A stretch of 62,185 nt of DNA, counting the filler. It is 5 parts of 5 records of this genome, joined end to end, with 100 filler letters (N's around TTAATTAATTAA, not from the genome) between each part and the next. Parts side by side here need not be neighbours in the genome. Positions count along the whole stretch, not along the records: positions 44,797 to 62,185 come from SRR2962707_4810; 4 more parts are not named here. One strand, 5' to 3'. This document shows, piece after piece, positions 45,653 to 55,614 of the stretch. The notes below the pieces were generated by a model. The model made no database searches. It was not told the DNA's origin and worked only from the letters and a program-made list of their open reading frames with translations. A program made the position numbers and the translations under genes. Within the stretch, counting starts at the first letter, position 1. Every line of letters starts with the position of its first letter.

Positions 45653-47029
45653 TTATTTGCTTGCGGGCCGTGCGGCGGTTGTCTCGTCGTTTTCGACCCC
45701 ATTGCCATTCTCATCTTCAGGCAATTCGGTTTCCGGCGGATTGACGGCCTGACCGCTCGGCTGAGCATAGCGCGGCTTTTCACGTGCTTCATCGTAGGGC
45801 CGGTGCGAGAAGTCGTATCTGACAGCGGCATAGATAAAGAGCGCCATGGCGGCCGCGATGATGAGCCCGGCCGCAAAGAACGGCGCACCGGGAAACGTGA
45901 ACGGCCGCAGATCGTTGGTGGTGAAAAAGGAAAACATCTGGGTCGCGGCGAGCGGCGCGATGATGGCAGTTAGCGAATTTGAGGCGTTGACGGCACCCTG
46001 GAGTTCGCCTTGCTGGTTGGCGCGTGCGTTGTTGGCCAGAAGTCCGGTGAGGGCCGGGGCCGCGATGCCCGAAAAAGCGCCGACGACAAGGAACGTCCAA
46101 AGGCCCAGTTCGGTGTGGATCATCGAGACGCCGATAAAGGCGACCATGGCCAGCGCCAGCCCGATGATCACGGTGGCCGTGACCCCAAGATAGCGGGTAG
46201 AAAATCCCACCAGAAGCGCCTGGCTCAGCGCAAACAGGATGCCGAATATGGCCAGCGAACGACCGACCTGGGATGGGCCCCAGTCGAATTGCTCGATGGT
46301 GAAGAAGTTCCAGACGTTGGGATAAGTCTGTCCTGCCAGCGAAAACAGGAACACGCAGCCGAGAAGGACAAAGATCACCGGCGTATTCCGGAAGGCCCAG
46401 AGTGCGCCGAAGGGATTGGCGCGCTTCCAGTTGAACCGGCGGCGGCGGAATTTCGAAAGGCTCTCGGGCAGGACGAAAAACCCGAACACCACATTGGCGG
46501 CGGCCAGCGCCGAGGCGAGGTAGAAGGGCGCACGGGGCCCGAACTCGCCCAACTCGCCGCCGATCACTGGTCCGACGATGAAGCCCAGCCCGAAGGCGGC
46601 CCCGATCAGCCCGAACCGCTGGGAGCGCTTTTCCTGGGGCGTGATGTCGGCGACATAGGCGGTCGCCGTGCCCATCGCCGCGCCGCAAATCCCCGAGAGC
46701 ACGCGGCCCACAAAGAGCCAGACGAGCGTGGGCGCCCAGGCCATGATGAGGTAGTCGAGCGAAAGGCCCACCAGCGAGAGCAGCAGGATCGGCCGTCGCC
46801 CCCATCTGTCGGACAGATTGCCCAGGATGGGGGAGAAGATGAACTGCATGGACGCATAAACGAAGATCAGATAGCCGCCGATCTTGGCAGCATCGGTTAT
46901 CGCTTCGTGCGAAAGCTCCACGATCAGCCCCGGAAGCACCGGCAGTATGATGCCCAGTCCCACGATGTCGAGAAATACCGTGAGAAGGATAAAAACGAGC
47001 GTTAGCTTGGACTGGGGATTAACGCGCAT
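45653..47029 (-). CDS. TCR/Tet-like DHA1 MFS transporter
   Basis: GIILPVLP, GNLSDRWGRRP, GFIVGPVIGG, LPES, QGELQG. Confidence 0.92.
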   Translation of the reverse strand: MRVNPQSKLTLVFILLTVFLDIVGLGIILPVLPGLIVELSHEAITDAAKIGGYLIFVYASMQFIFSPILGNLSDRWGRRPILLLSLVGLSLDYLIMAWAPTLVWLFVGRVLSGICGAAMGTATAYVADITPQEKRSQRFGLIGAAFGLGFIVGPVIGGELGEFGPRAPFYLASALAAANVVFGFFVLPESLSKFRRRRFNWKRANPFGALWAFRNTPVIFVLLGCVFLFSLAGQTYPNVWNFFTIEQFDWGPSQVGRSLAIFGILFALSQALLVGFSTRYLGVTATVIIGLALAMVAFIGVSMIHTELGLWTFLVVGAFSGIAAPALTGLLANNARANQQGELQGAVNASNSLTAIIAPLAATQMFSFFTTNDLRPFTFPGAPFFAAGLIIAAAMALFIYAAVRYDFSHRPYDEAREKPRYAQPSGQAVNPPETELPEDENGNGVENDETTAARPASK

Positions 47030-47120
47030 GAGATTGTACTGCGGCCTTTGGACAAGGGTTCAGTTGGCATATAGGCGGGGGGAAAGGCAAGAACCAACGG
47101 GCTGGTTCCGGGTTCTCCGA

Positions 47121-48311
47121 TCAACTCTTTCCCGATTGAACGGCATCATACCCATAAAGCCATGCCAGGCGTTTGAAATGTCCCTCTGGGCCTTCACTTC
47201 TGATGACCGCGTTGCGGGCCAAAGCGAACGGAAAGCCCATATGAAAGACTTTTCCGTTGCTGGCGGAAACGTCCTGCACACGCTTGACGCGCTCCTGCCG
47301 CAGCGCGGCAAAGCGGGAAAAGGCGTGTCCGGCGCTCGGCGATGCCGCGAGCAGGGGTGCCAGAACCGCCGCATCCTCGATGCCCATGGCCGCGCCCTGC
47401 GCCTGGAACGGCAGCGTGGCGTGCGCAGCGTCACCGATCAGCCCGATGGCGCCCTTGTGCCAGATTGGTGTCTGGACGCTCGACAGGACCCAGGGGGTCC
47501 AGCCCTCGCCCACTGATTCCAGAATACGGGCCAACCGGTTGTCCTTGCCCGGCTTTATGCGCGGAGTGCGTTGGTCGAGGACGGAAAGATCGCGTTCTTT
47601 TTCCTGCGTGAACAGCGCCAGATTGACCGCGTTGCGGTGCGGCAGGGGATAGGCCACCAGGTGAAAACGGGGATCAAGGAACAGGCTGGTTCGGTCAAGA
47701 TCCAGAACCCCGGCGAGCGCCTCGGGTGGGACCAGTGCCCGCCATGCGACCTTGCCGGAGTATTGTGGGTCCGGTCCACCGAGATCGCGTGTTCGGGTTA
47801 CCGAGCGCACGCCGTCGGCGCCGACAAATGCGAAGGGCTTTGCCTTGCGCGTCTTTCCGTCGGGCTCCTGCGCGGTCACCGTCAGGGCATCGCCTGAACG
47901 CTCCAGCGTAAAATCGGTGACGGAAAAGACGATGTCGATATTGGCGAAACGCCTGGCGGCCGCATGGAGCGCTTCGAGCAGGTCGGACCGGTGCATCACG
48001 GCATAGGGCGCGCCGAAGCGGGCTTCGATGGCCTTGCCAAGCGTGAGGGTTTGCAGCGGCTTTGCCCGGGCGTCGGGAAAGATGTCGATGCCCTCGGGGG
48101 TAAAGCTTTTTTCCGCAATCGCCTGGGAAAGCCCCAGATTATCGAGCACTTTTCGCGCGTTTGCGCTGATCTGAAGTCCGGCGCCGAATTCAGAAACCGA
48201 CTCGTTACGTTCGAGCACCACCACGTGCAGGCCGAATTTGGCGAGCGCCAATGCAAGGGTCAGTCCGGCGATGCCAGCGCCCGCGATATAGATCGTGCGA
48301 GGAGCGCCCAT
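47121..48311 (-). CDS. FAD-dependent monooxygenase (salicylate-hydroxylase-like)
   Basis: GAGIAG, GADGVRS, GDAAHATLPFQAQGAAMGIEDA. Confidence 0.92.
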   Translation of the reverse strand: MGAPRTIYIAGAGIAGLTLALALAKFGLHVVVLERNESVSEFGAGLQISANARKVLDNLGLSQAIAEKSFTPEGIDIFPDARAKPLQTLTLGKAIEARFGAPYAVMHRSDLLEALHAAARRFANIDIVFSVTDFTLERSGDALTVTAQEPDGKTRKAKPFAFVGADGVRSVTRTRDLGGPDPQYSGKVAWRALVPPEALAGVLDLDRTSLFLDPRFHLVAYPLPHRNAVNLALFTQEKERDLSVLDQRTPRIKPGKDNRLARILESVGEGWTPWVLSSVQTPIWHKGAIGLIGDAAHATLPFQAQGAAMGIEDAAVLAPLLAASPSAGHAFSRFAALRQERVKRVQDVSASNGKVFHMGFPFALARNAVIRSEGPEGHFKRLAWLYGYDAVQSGKS

Positions 48312-48317
48312 GGGGCT

Positions 48318-48563
48318 CTAGGCGTGTTCGACCTCGAACACCGCGCTGGGCGGGTTGGCCGCGCCATGGGGCAGGGCGGGGCTGAAAACATAGAGCGTCG
48401 AGCAATAGGGGCAGACGATCTCGGTGTCGTGGCCCATGTCAAGAAACACATGCGGGTGGTCGAAAGGTGGCTTGGCGCCGACGCACTGGAATTCCTTGGC
48501 GCCGATCTCGATACGGGCCAATCCTTCGGAATTGTGGAAGTGAGGGGTTCCGTGCTGTGCCAT
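48318..48563 (-). CDS. zf-CHCC zinc-finger protein
   Basis: C..PFDHPHVFL..CPYC. Confidence 0.9.
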   Translation of the reverse strand: MAQHGTPHFHNSEGLARIEIGAKEFQCVGAKPPFDHPHVFLDMGHDTEIVCPYCSTLYVFSPALPHGAANPPSAVFEVEHA

Positions 48564-48699
48564 GAAAGCGACCATCCGGCTGGGCTTGTTTGAAATCGGG
48601 CGGACCATACCGATTTGGGCCGGTCATGGCCAGAGGCATGTTGGCGCTGAGGTGCGGGGTTGGTAAGAGAGGACGATTTCAGAATCGAAAGAATCCCTT

Positions 48700-49458
48700 A
48701 TGCCGGTTTTCCAATCCGAAGGTTTCGCTCTTGCCTATGAGGTCCATGGCGAGGGCCGGCCCATCGTTGCCGTCCATGGCTTTGCATCGAATGGCAACGT
48801 CAACTGGGTGGCGACCGGCTGGGTCAAGGAGCTGACCGAGGCGGGCTATCAGGTCATAACCCTGGATAATCGCGGTCACGGCGCGTCGGAAAAGATCTAC
48901 GATCCGTCTGTTTACGGTGCGCCGGACATGGCGCGGGACGTTGCCAATCTCATCGACCATCTGGGGTTCGAGAAGGCCGCGCTGATCGGCTATTCAATGG
49001 GCGCACGGATCAGCGCTTTCGTTTGCATCCAGAACCCGGAAAAAGTCGCCTGCGCAATTTTCGGCGGGTTGGGTGGTAACATGGTCAAGCCGATGCTCGA
49101 CAGCGACGAGATCATCGCCGGGCTCAATGCGCCGACCTTGGCGGAAGTGACCCACAAGACCGGGCGGCAATTCCGCATTTTTGCCGAGCACACAAAGAGC
49201 GACCTCAAGGCGCTTTCGGCCTGTATGGCCGGTTCGCGCACGCGGATGTCGCCGGAGCAGGTCCGGCAGATCGACGTGCCGGTTCTGGTGGCCGTCGGCA
49301 GCGAGGACGATGTGGGGGGCGACCCCCAAGCGCTCGCCGCGCTGATGACGCATGGCGAAGCGCTGACCATCGAACGCCGCGACCACATGCGGGCGACCGG
49401 GGACCCCCAGTTCAAGCGCGGAGCGCTGGACTTCCTGGCGCGGGTTTATCCGGCATAA
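48700..49458 (+). CDS. Alpha/beta hydrolase
   Basis: HGFAS, DNRGHG, GYSMGA, RDH. Confidence 0.92.
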   Translation: MPVFQSEGFALAYEVHGEGRPIVAVHGFASNGNVNWVATGWVKELTEAGYQVITLDNRGHGASEKIYDPSVYGAPDMARDVANLIDHLGFEKAALIGYSMGARISAFVCIQNPEKVACAIFGGLGGNMVKPMLDSDEIIAGLNAPTLAEVTHKTGRQFRIFAEHTKSDLKALSACMAGSRTRMSPEQVRQIDVPVLVAVGSEDDVGGDPQALAALMTHGEALTIERRDHMRATGDPQFKRGALDFLARVYPA

Positions 49459-49555
49459 GGCAAAAGTGAACCAATTTGCTTTGGAACCCTTTGTTTGAGA
49501 CAATGGGTTCGCCTATATGTGGCAACCTGAAAAAATCGCAGAGTGCGGAGAAGTC

Positions 49556-50377
49556 ATGTCCTCGAGCGTCAAGAAGCCCGGCAATATCAAGGCCGTCGAT
49601 CCCATATGGGATGCGATGACAGCCGAGGCCGAGCGCATCTGCGCGGACGAGCCCTTTCTCACGCAACTGGCGATATCGAGCGTTCTCAACCATTCGAGCT
49701 TCGAATCGGCGCTGGCCCACCGGCTGGCGGCGCGGCTCGATCACTCGGACGTGCCGGCCGATCTGATCCGCCAGGCGTTCGATGAAATGCTTGAGGACCA
49801 TCCTGAGATAACCGCCTCTGCGCGCGCCGATCTGGCCGCGACGCTGGAGCGCGATCCGGCCTGCCATCGGGTGATCGAGCCCTTCCTGTTCTTCAAGGGT
49901 TTTCAGGCCATCCAGACCCATCGCTTTGCCCACGCGCTTTGGGGTACCGGCCGTCGCGATTTTGCGCTCTATCTCCAAAGCCGGTCGAGCCAGGTGTTCC
50001 AGACGGACATCAATCCCGCCGCCCGCATCGGCAAGGGCATAATGCTCGATCACGGCACCGGCTTTGTCGTCGGTGAAACCGCGTCGATCGGCGATCATTG
50101 TTCGATCCTGCATGCTGTCACGCTCGGCGGCACCGGCAAGGCCGATCAGGACCGCCACCCAAAGATCGGCAATGGCGTTCTGATCGGGGCAGGGGCCAAG
50201 ATTTTGGGCAACATCAAGGTGGGCGATTGCTCGCGCATCGCCGCCGGTTCGGTGGTGCTCAAGGAAGTGCCCGAGCGTACGACGGTGGCCGGCGTTCCGG
50301 CCAAGGTTGTGGGCGAGGCCGGTTGCAACCAGCCGGCCACGGTCATGGACCAGATCGTCATGGTTTCGCGCGACTAG
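49556..50377 (+). CDS. cysE: Serine O-acetyltransferase
   Basis: RDPAC, FKGFQA, DHGTG, VTLGGTGK..DRHPK, hexapeptide repeats. Confidence 0.97.
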   Translation: MSSSVKKPGNIKAVDPIWDAMTAEAERICADEPFLTQLAISSVLNHSSFESALAHRLAARLDHSDVPADLIRQAFDEMLEDHPEITASARADLAATLERDPACHRVIEPFLFFKGFQAIQTHRFAHALWGTGRRDFALYLQSRSSQVFQTDINPAARIGKGIMLDHGTGFVVGETASIGDHCSILHAVTLGGTGKADQDRHPKIGNGVLIGAGAKILGNIKVGDCSRIAAGSVVLKEVPERTTVAGVPAKVVGEAGCNQPATVMDQIVMVSRD

Positions 50378-50563
50378 AGCGCTTCCAGGAGCAATCGAGG
50401 CGATTGCTCTGATGGTGTGACCAGCGGGGAAAAATCATTCCCGTTCTTGCGTTCGCCGTCGTGATGGCTAAAGTCGCGCCGACCTCGAAATGATTGTAAT
50501 CGATAGCGTTCCCGGCGGCGGGCGTTGGTTTCGCCGAGCGATAGCGCGCAATGGAGACTTTTT

Positions 50564-50782
50564 GTGAAGCACGAAGAAATCATCAAGCTGCAGAAATACC
50601 TGCAACAGAAGTTCGGCAACCGCACCATCGATGTTCGCCCCCGCCCCAAGCAGGACGACTCGGTCGAACTCTACCTCGGTGATGAGTTCATCGGGCTGAT
50701 CTACCTCGACGAAGACGAGGGCGAACGCTCCTATATGGTACAGATTTCCATTCTCGATATCGATCTCGACGAAGTCAGCTAA
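50564..50782 (+). CDS. DUF3126-family small protein
   Basis: GTG start after GGAG; KLQKYL..FGN..DDSVELY.GDEFIG..DEDEGERSY; sits directly after cysE. Confidence 0.8.
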   Translation: MKHEEIIKLQKYLQQKFGNRTIDVRPRPKQDDSVELYLGDEFIGLIYLDEDEGERSYMVQISILDIDLDEVS

Positions 50783-50811
50783 TTCGCTGAAAACAATTGC
50801 AGTATTTTGAG

Positions 50812-50838
50812 AAGGCTTCCCGCTTGGGGAGCCTTTTT
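50812..50838 (+). terminator. Rho-independent terminator
   Basis: AAGGCTTCCC-GCTT-GGGGAGCCTT followed by a T run. Confidence 0.75.
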
Positions 50839-50911
50839 GCATTTGGGCCGTTAGCCGTGCATGCTTCCCTGATGGGGGAATTTTGTTGTGGGCTAAGAGA
50901 GGGAGGCTCCT

Positions 50912-52525
50912 ATGCAAGGCTGGGCCGAACGGTTGGGTTTGAAGACAGACCCGGCCATTTTCTTCGTTTCGGCAGGACTCACTGCCGTGTTTGTTCTGCT
51001 GCTCGTTGTCATTCCCGAACCGATCGGCAATTTCTTTGCGGTGACGCGGGCCTGGATCGTCACCAATCTGGGTTGGTTCTTCATCATCGGCGTCAATGCC
51101 TGGCTGGGCTTTCTGATCTGGGCCGCCGTCAGCCGGCACGGGCATATCAAGCTCGGCCCGCGCGACAGCACGCCCGATTACTCGAACCTTTCATGGTTCA
51201 CCATGCTGTTTGCCGGTGGCATCGGCACCGTGCTCATGTTCTGGGGCGTGGCCGAACCGATCAGCCATTTTTCAAACCCGCCACTGGCGGGCGTGGAGCC
51301 GTTCAGCGAACAGGCGGCCAAGGACGCCATCTCGATCTCGGTCTATCATCTGGGTCTGCACACCTGGACGATCTTTACGCTGCCCGGGCTGGCTTTCGGC
51401 TATTTCATCAACCGCTATGACCTTCCGGTGCGGGTGAGCTCGGTGTTTTATCCGTTGCTCAAGGAAGGCATTCACGGCCCTGTCGGCAAAGCCATCGACA
51501 TCGCTTCGATCCTCGGCACGCTGTTTGGCGTGGCCGTATCGCTGGGCCTCGGTGCCTCGCAGATTTCGGCGGGCATCGCGGCGCTGACCGGACTGGCCGA
51601 CGACGTGCCCTTGACCGTGGCCATACTTGTCGTCCTGACCGCCGTCGCTGTCGTTTCGATCGTTGCCGGTCTCGATAAGGGCGTGAAATTCCTGTCCAAC
51701 CTCAATATCGGCATGGCCGTCGGTCTTATGGTCTTTGTGCTGGTGACTGGCTCTACGCTGTTTCTGCTGCGGGCCATCGTCGAGACGTTCGGGCTCTATT
51801 TCTACAATCTGCCCAGGCTGGCCTTCTGGAACGACATGCTGGCCAACATAAATCCCACCAATGATCCGTGGGGCTGGCAGGGAGACTGGACTGTCTTTTA
51901 CTGGGCATGGACAGTGACCTGGTCGCCGTTCATCGGCCTGTTCGTTGCCCGCATTTCGCGTGGGCGGACCATCCGCGAGTTCGTGTTCGGCGTTCTTCTG
52001 GCGCCGTCATTGTTCACGCTGATCTGGTTTGCGATCTTTGGCTGGCAGGCCATGGCAATCGACGGCATCGGGCTGGCCCTGCGCGAGCAGATGGGACCGG
52101 CGGCGGGCGCATTGAGTCAGGCGGTCGGCGATTCGGTGCCGCTGGCCATGTTCGCGTTCTTCGAGAACTTTCCTCTCGCGACCTTCGTTCAGGGCATCGC
52201 AATTGTCGTGGTCGCCATCTTTTTCGCGACGTCCTCGGACTCGGCCTCGCTTGTCGTCGATATGCTGTGCACTGGCGAAGCCGAACCGGGCCCGGTGCGT
52301 CAGCGCGTGTTCTGGGGCGTGGCGGAAGGCACGGTGGCCGTGATGCTCATCATCCTTGCGGGCGATCTGGGTCTTACGGCGCTGCAACAGGTGATCACGG
52401 TGGTCGGGCTGCCGATCTTTTGTCTGGTGTTCATGATGATCCCCTCGATCATCATGGGTTTCCAGATCGAAGATATCGACCACGTCACAGTGGGCCGAAG
52501 GCCAAAGCTCCACCAGTTCGAGTAG
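50912..52525 (+). CDS. BCCT-family transporter
   Basis: WFTMLFAGGIG, WGVAEP, WTVFYWAW..WSPF..ARISRGRTIREF, TSSDS. Confidence 0.95.
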   Translation: MQGWAERLGLKTDPAIFFVSAGLTAVFVLLLVVIPEPIGNFFAVTRAWIVTNLGWFFIIGVNAWLGFLIWAAVSRHGHIKLGPRDSTPDYSNLSWFTMLFAGGIGTVLMFWGVAEPISHFSNPPLAGVEPFSEQAAKDAISISVYHLGLHTWTIFTLPGLAFGYFINRYDLPVRVSSVFYPLLKEGIHGPVGKAIDIASILGTLFGVAVSLGLGASQISAGIAALTGLADDVPLTVAILVVLTAVAVVSIVAGLDKGVKFLSNLNIGMAVGLMVFVLVTGSTLFLLRAIVETFGLYFYNLPRLAFWNDMLANINPTNDPWGWQGDWTVFYWAWTVTWSPFIGLFVARISRGRTIREFVFGVLLAPSLFTLIWFAIFGWQAMAIDGIGLALREQMGPAAGALSQAVGDSVPLAMFAFFENFPLATFVQGIAIVVVAIFFATSSDSASLVVDMLCTGEAEPGPVRQRVFWGVAEGTVAVMLIILAGDLGLTALQQVITVVGLPIFCLVFMMIPSIIMGFQIEDIDHVTVGRRPKLHQFE

Positions 52526-52530
52526 CGGAG

Positions 52531-53226
52531 TTACTTTCGAAGCGGCGATAGCGCCGCTTCGATTCTGGCGTCAAAGCTCCGCCAGTTGTCCAGAACGGCC
52601 GGATCGAAGGCCACAATGGCTGTGTTGCGATCGGAAAGGGCCAGAACGCGCAGGCAGGTCCTGTCACCGAGTGTCATGGCGACCGGCGTCATGCATTTGG
52701 CGACGAACGGGTTGGCGGTCAGTGGATCGTACCACACGGTTTCGCCCGTGGTGCCGGCGTCGAGTTCAAGCGGCTTGCCGACAAGGCCGGGAACCCCCGA
52801 GAGCTGGGTGGGCGCAAACTGATGCAGATAGACGCTATCGAGCAGCGCCGCGCTGGTGCGCATTCGTCCGCGCGGCATGATGGTGATTGCGACCTCGCTC
52901 AGTGTCCCACCTTCACCCAGCGGCAGGGCCAGGGTGAAATCCATGCGCTCGGCAAAGCCGTCCCGCCGCTGGATGGGGTCGGCCAGGAGCGCCGCGGGCA
53001 TCACGTAGCGCTGGGCGCCGATGGTGATGATGTGGCTGGCCGAAAGCTCGGCGGGCGCCGCGTCATGGGCCATCGAATCGAGCCAGCTTCGCACGCCGTA
53101 CGCAGCGCCAAGCGCGGCCATGGCTACAATCAGCCCGACAGCAACAACCGTATAAAGCGCCGCGCCCGCCGTGCGGGCAGGGGGAGCGTCCTGGCGAGTG
53201 TCTGACAGGCTGTTCACATTAACCAT
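52531..53226 (-). CDS. Hypothetical single-pass membrane protein
   Basis: N-terminal TM helix and a likely periplasmic domain with two Cys; start uncertain. Confidence 0.65.
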   Translation of the reverse strand: MVNVNSLSDTRQDAPPARTAGAALYTVVAVGLIVAMAALGAAYGVRSWLDSMAHDAAPAELSASHIITIGAQRYVMPAALLADPIQRRDGFAERMDFTLALPLGEGGTLSEVAITIMPRGRMRTSAALLDSVYLHQFAPTQLSGVPGLVGKPLELDAGTTGETVWYDPLTANPFVAKCMTPVAMTLGDRTCLRVLALSDRNTAIVAFDPAVLDNWRSFDARIEAALSPLRK

Positions 53227-53321
53227 AGAAGCGCGTGAGCGATGACAACGAGTTTGGGGGTGCTTATGCTTAATAAATCGTAAAATCCGGCCATCTGCGC
53301 CGTTCGGCGTTGGAGGAAAGC

Positions 53322-53648
53322 GTGACGCATCTGATTTTGGCGCTGTTTCTGATTGCTGTCGGCATGAGCGTTGCCGGCACCGGCACGCATCTCTACCAGC
53401 AGATAGCCCGCAAGGTGGCCGAGTTCCGCGTCGAGGGCGCCAATGCGCTCGACAGCCTCATCAATCTGTTCGTGATGTTCATTTGCGGTCCCTACATGAT
53501 GCTGCGGCTGGGGTTGCGCGCCGATGCAAGCGGCAAGTCCTCGACCATCAACGTGCTGCTGGCTGCGGTCATCGCGTTCGGCTGGAGCTTTGTGACCGGG
53601 ATGATGGTCGTGGGCACCTATATTTCGGTTCTCAAGGTCGGTGCCTGA
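53322..53648 (+). CDS. Small three-TM membrane protein (DUF6949-like)
   Basis: GTG start after GGAGG; FICGPYMM and WSFVTG motifs. Confidence 0.65.
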   Translation: MTHLILALFLIAVGMSVAGTGTHLYQQIARKVAEFRVEGANALDSLINLFVMFICGPYMMLRLGLRADASGKSSTINVLLAAVIAFGWSFVTGMMVVGTYISVLKVGA

Positions 53649-53719
53649 CGCCATGTGCTGACTGCATGGCAGTAATGCCTTGCACTGGCACCCGTTTTCG
53701 GGGCAAACGATGGCTTACA

Positions 53720-53780
53720 AACCCTGGACCCGGTGAAAATCCGGGTGGCTCTTCCGGCCGCCAACCCGTCGGACAACTAA
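53720..53780 (+). ncRNA. Candidate cis-regulatory leader of sulP (sul1-motif-like)
   Basis: Hairpin ACCCGG-TGAAAAT-CCGGGT, then TGGC..CGGCCGCCA..GTCGGA, upstream of sulP. The family assignment is from memory. Confidence 0.5.
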
Positions 53781-53853
53781 ATCAAGTTTCCAGCACTTCT
53801 GGACCGGAGCGCCTCGCTCCGCTGGTTTGGTTCTCAAAACATTCGGATAATAA

Positions 53854-55338
53854 ATGACCTCATTGACCGCCTATCGCGCGCAGTGGCTTGGCAATGTGCG
53901 CGGCGACCTTCTGGCCGGGCTCGTCGTGGCGCTCGCACTCATTCCTGAAGCCATCGCGTTTTCAATCATTGCCGGGGTCGACCCCAAAATCGGGCTCTAC
54001 GCTTCGTTTTCAATCGCCGTCATCACCGCCATCGCCGGCGGGCGCCCCGGGATGATCTCGGCGGCGACAGCGGCAACTGCCGTCCTGATGGTCACCCTGG
54101 TGCGCGATTACGGGCTGCAATATCTGCTCGCCGCCACCGTTTTGGCCGGGCTGCTGCAGATCGGCATGGGGATGCTCAAGCTGGGCAATCTCATGCGGTT
54201 CGTGTCGCGCTCGGTGATGACGGGCTTCGTCAACGCGTTGGCTATCCTGATCTTCATGGCGCAATTGCCCGAGCTGATCGGCGTGCCAGGGCTGACTTAT
54301 GTCATGGTGGCGGCTGGGCTTGCCATCATCTACCTTTTTCCCCGCCTGACGCGGGCTGTGCCGTCGCCGCTGGTCTGTATCGTTGTCCTCACCGTCGTTA
54401 GCCTCTCCTTCGGCCTCGATGTGCGCACGGTGGGTGATATGGGCGAACTGCCCTCAACGCTGCCTGTGTTTCTGATTCCGGATATTCCGCTAAACCTCGA
54501 TACGCTCATGATAATCCTGCCTTATTCGGCAGCAGTGGCCGTGGTCGGACTGCTCGAATCGCTGATGACGGCGCAGATCGTTGACGAGCTGACCGATACG
54601 CCTTCGGACAAGAACCAGGAGTGTATCGGCCAGGGCATGGCCAACACCGTTACCGGCTTTATGGGCGGCATGGCGGGCTGTGCGATGATCGGCCAATCGG
54701 TCATCAACGTGAAATCGGGCGGCCGGGGGCGCCTTTCGTGCTTTGCCGCGGGCGTGCTGTTGTTGTTCATGATTGTCGTGCTCGGCGATCTTGTGGCGCA
54801 GATCCCCATGCCGGCGCTGGTCGCCATCATGATCATGGTTTCGGTGGGCACCTTCTCATGGTCCTCGATTCTCAACCTGCGCACCCATCCGCGGTCGTCA
54901 TCGGTCGTGATGCTGGCGACGGTGGTGAGCGTTGTTTACACCCACAACCTCGCCATCGGCGTCCTGGTGGGTGTGCTGCTCTCGGGCATTTTCTTTGCCT
55001 GGAAGATCGCGCAGCTCTTTCACGTGCGCTCGGAGATTTCCGAGGACGGGCGGCACCGCACCTATATGATCGAAGGGCAATTGTTCTTTGCCTCTGCCGA
55101 CGATTTCATGGCAGCCTTCAACTTCAGGGAGGTGCTGGAAACCGTGACCATCGATGTCAGCCGGGCCCATATCTGGGATATTTCCAGTGTGGCCGCACTC
55201 GACATGGCGGTGCTCAAGTTCCGCCGCGAGGGCGCGACGGTCGAGATCATCGGGTTGAACGAAGCGAGCGAAACGATCGTCGATCAACTGGCCGAGCACA
55301 ACAAGCCGGGCGCCGCCGACAAGCTCATGGCGCACTAG
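53854..55338 (+). CDS. sulP: SulP/SLC26 anion transporter with STAS domain
   Basis: [39 protein letters not shown]. Confidence 0.96.
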   Translation: MTSLTAYRAQWLGNVRGDLLAGLVVALALIPEAIAFSIIAGVDPKIGLYASFSIAVITAIAGGRPGMISAATAATAVLMVTLVRDYGLQYLLAATVLAGLLQIGMGMLKLGNLMRFVSRSVMTGFVNALAILIFMAQLPELIGVPGLTYVMVAAGLAIIYLFPRLTRAVPSPLVCIVVLTVVSLSFGLDVRTVGDMGELPSTLPVFLIPDIPLNLDTLMIILPYSAAVAVVGLLESLMTAQIVDELTDTPSDKNQECIGQGMANTVTGFMGGMAGCAMIGQSVINVKSGGRGRLSCFAAGVLLLFMIVVLGDLVAQIPMPALVAIMIMVSVGTFSWSSILNLRTHPRSSSVVMLATVVSVVYTHNLAIGVLVGVLLSGIFFAWKIAQLFHVRSEISEDGRHRTYMIEGQLFFASADDFMAAFNFREVLETVTIDVSRAHIWDISSVAALDMAVLKFRREGATVEIIGLNEASETIVDQLAEHNKPGAADKLMAH

Positions 55339-55602
55339 GGTCAGGACCTATAAATTGCGTGCTCACGATGGAGACGAAAATGGCCAAATGGCAGGAAAGA
55401 GATGAAGAGCGTATCGAGATACGGTCGAATTTCTTGACGCACCAGTTGGCCATTTTCGTCCCACCCCGCAGGGGCGCGCCGAATTTGCCCATCCGGTGCG
55501 TCAAGACGCTTGCCCGTGTATGGACACGGGCTGCGCGCCTTTCCTGCCGGACTGGCCAAATTCACCTGCGTCGTGAGCACGCAATTTTTAGGTCCTGACC
55601 CT
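55337..55602. mobile_element. 266-bp MITE-like element
   Basis: 32-bp terminal inverted repeats with 1 mismatch (55337-55368 / 55571-55602); internal perfect 15-bp IR (55373-55387 / 55446-55460); no transposase. Confidence 0.72.
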
Positions 55603-55614
55603 CGGGAGGAAGCA

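Noticed and set aside
45653-47029. Acquired tetracycline resistance gene
   Set aside because: Housekeeping context with no tetR or mobile element; only family-level similarity.
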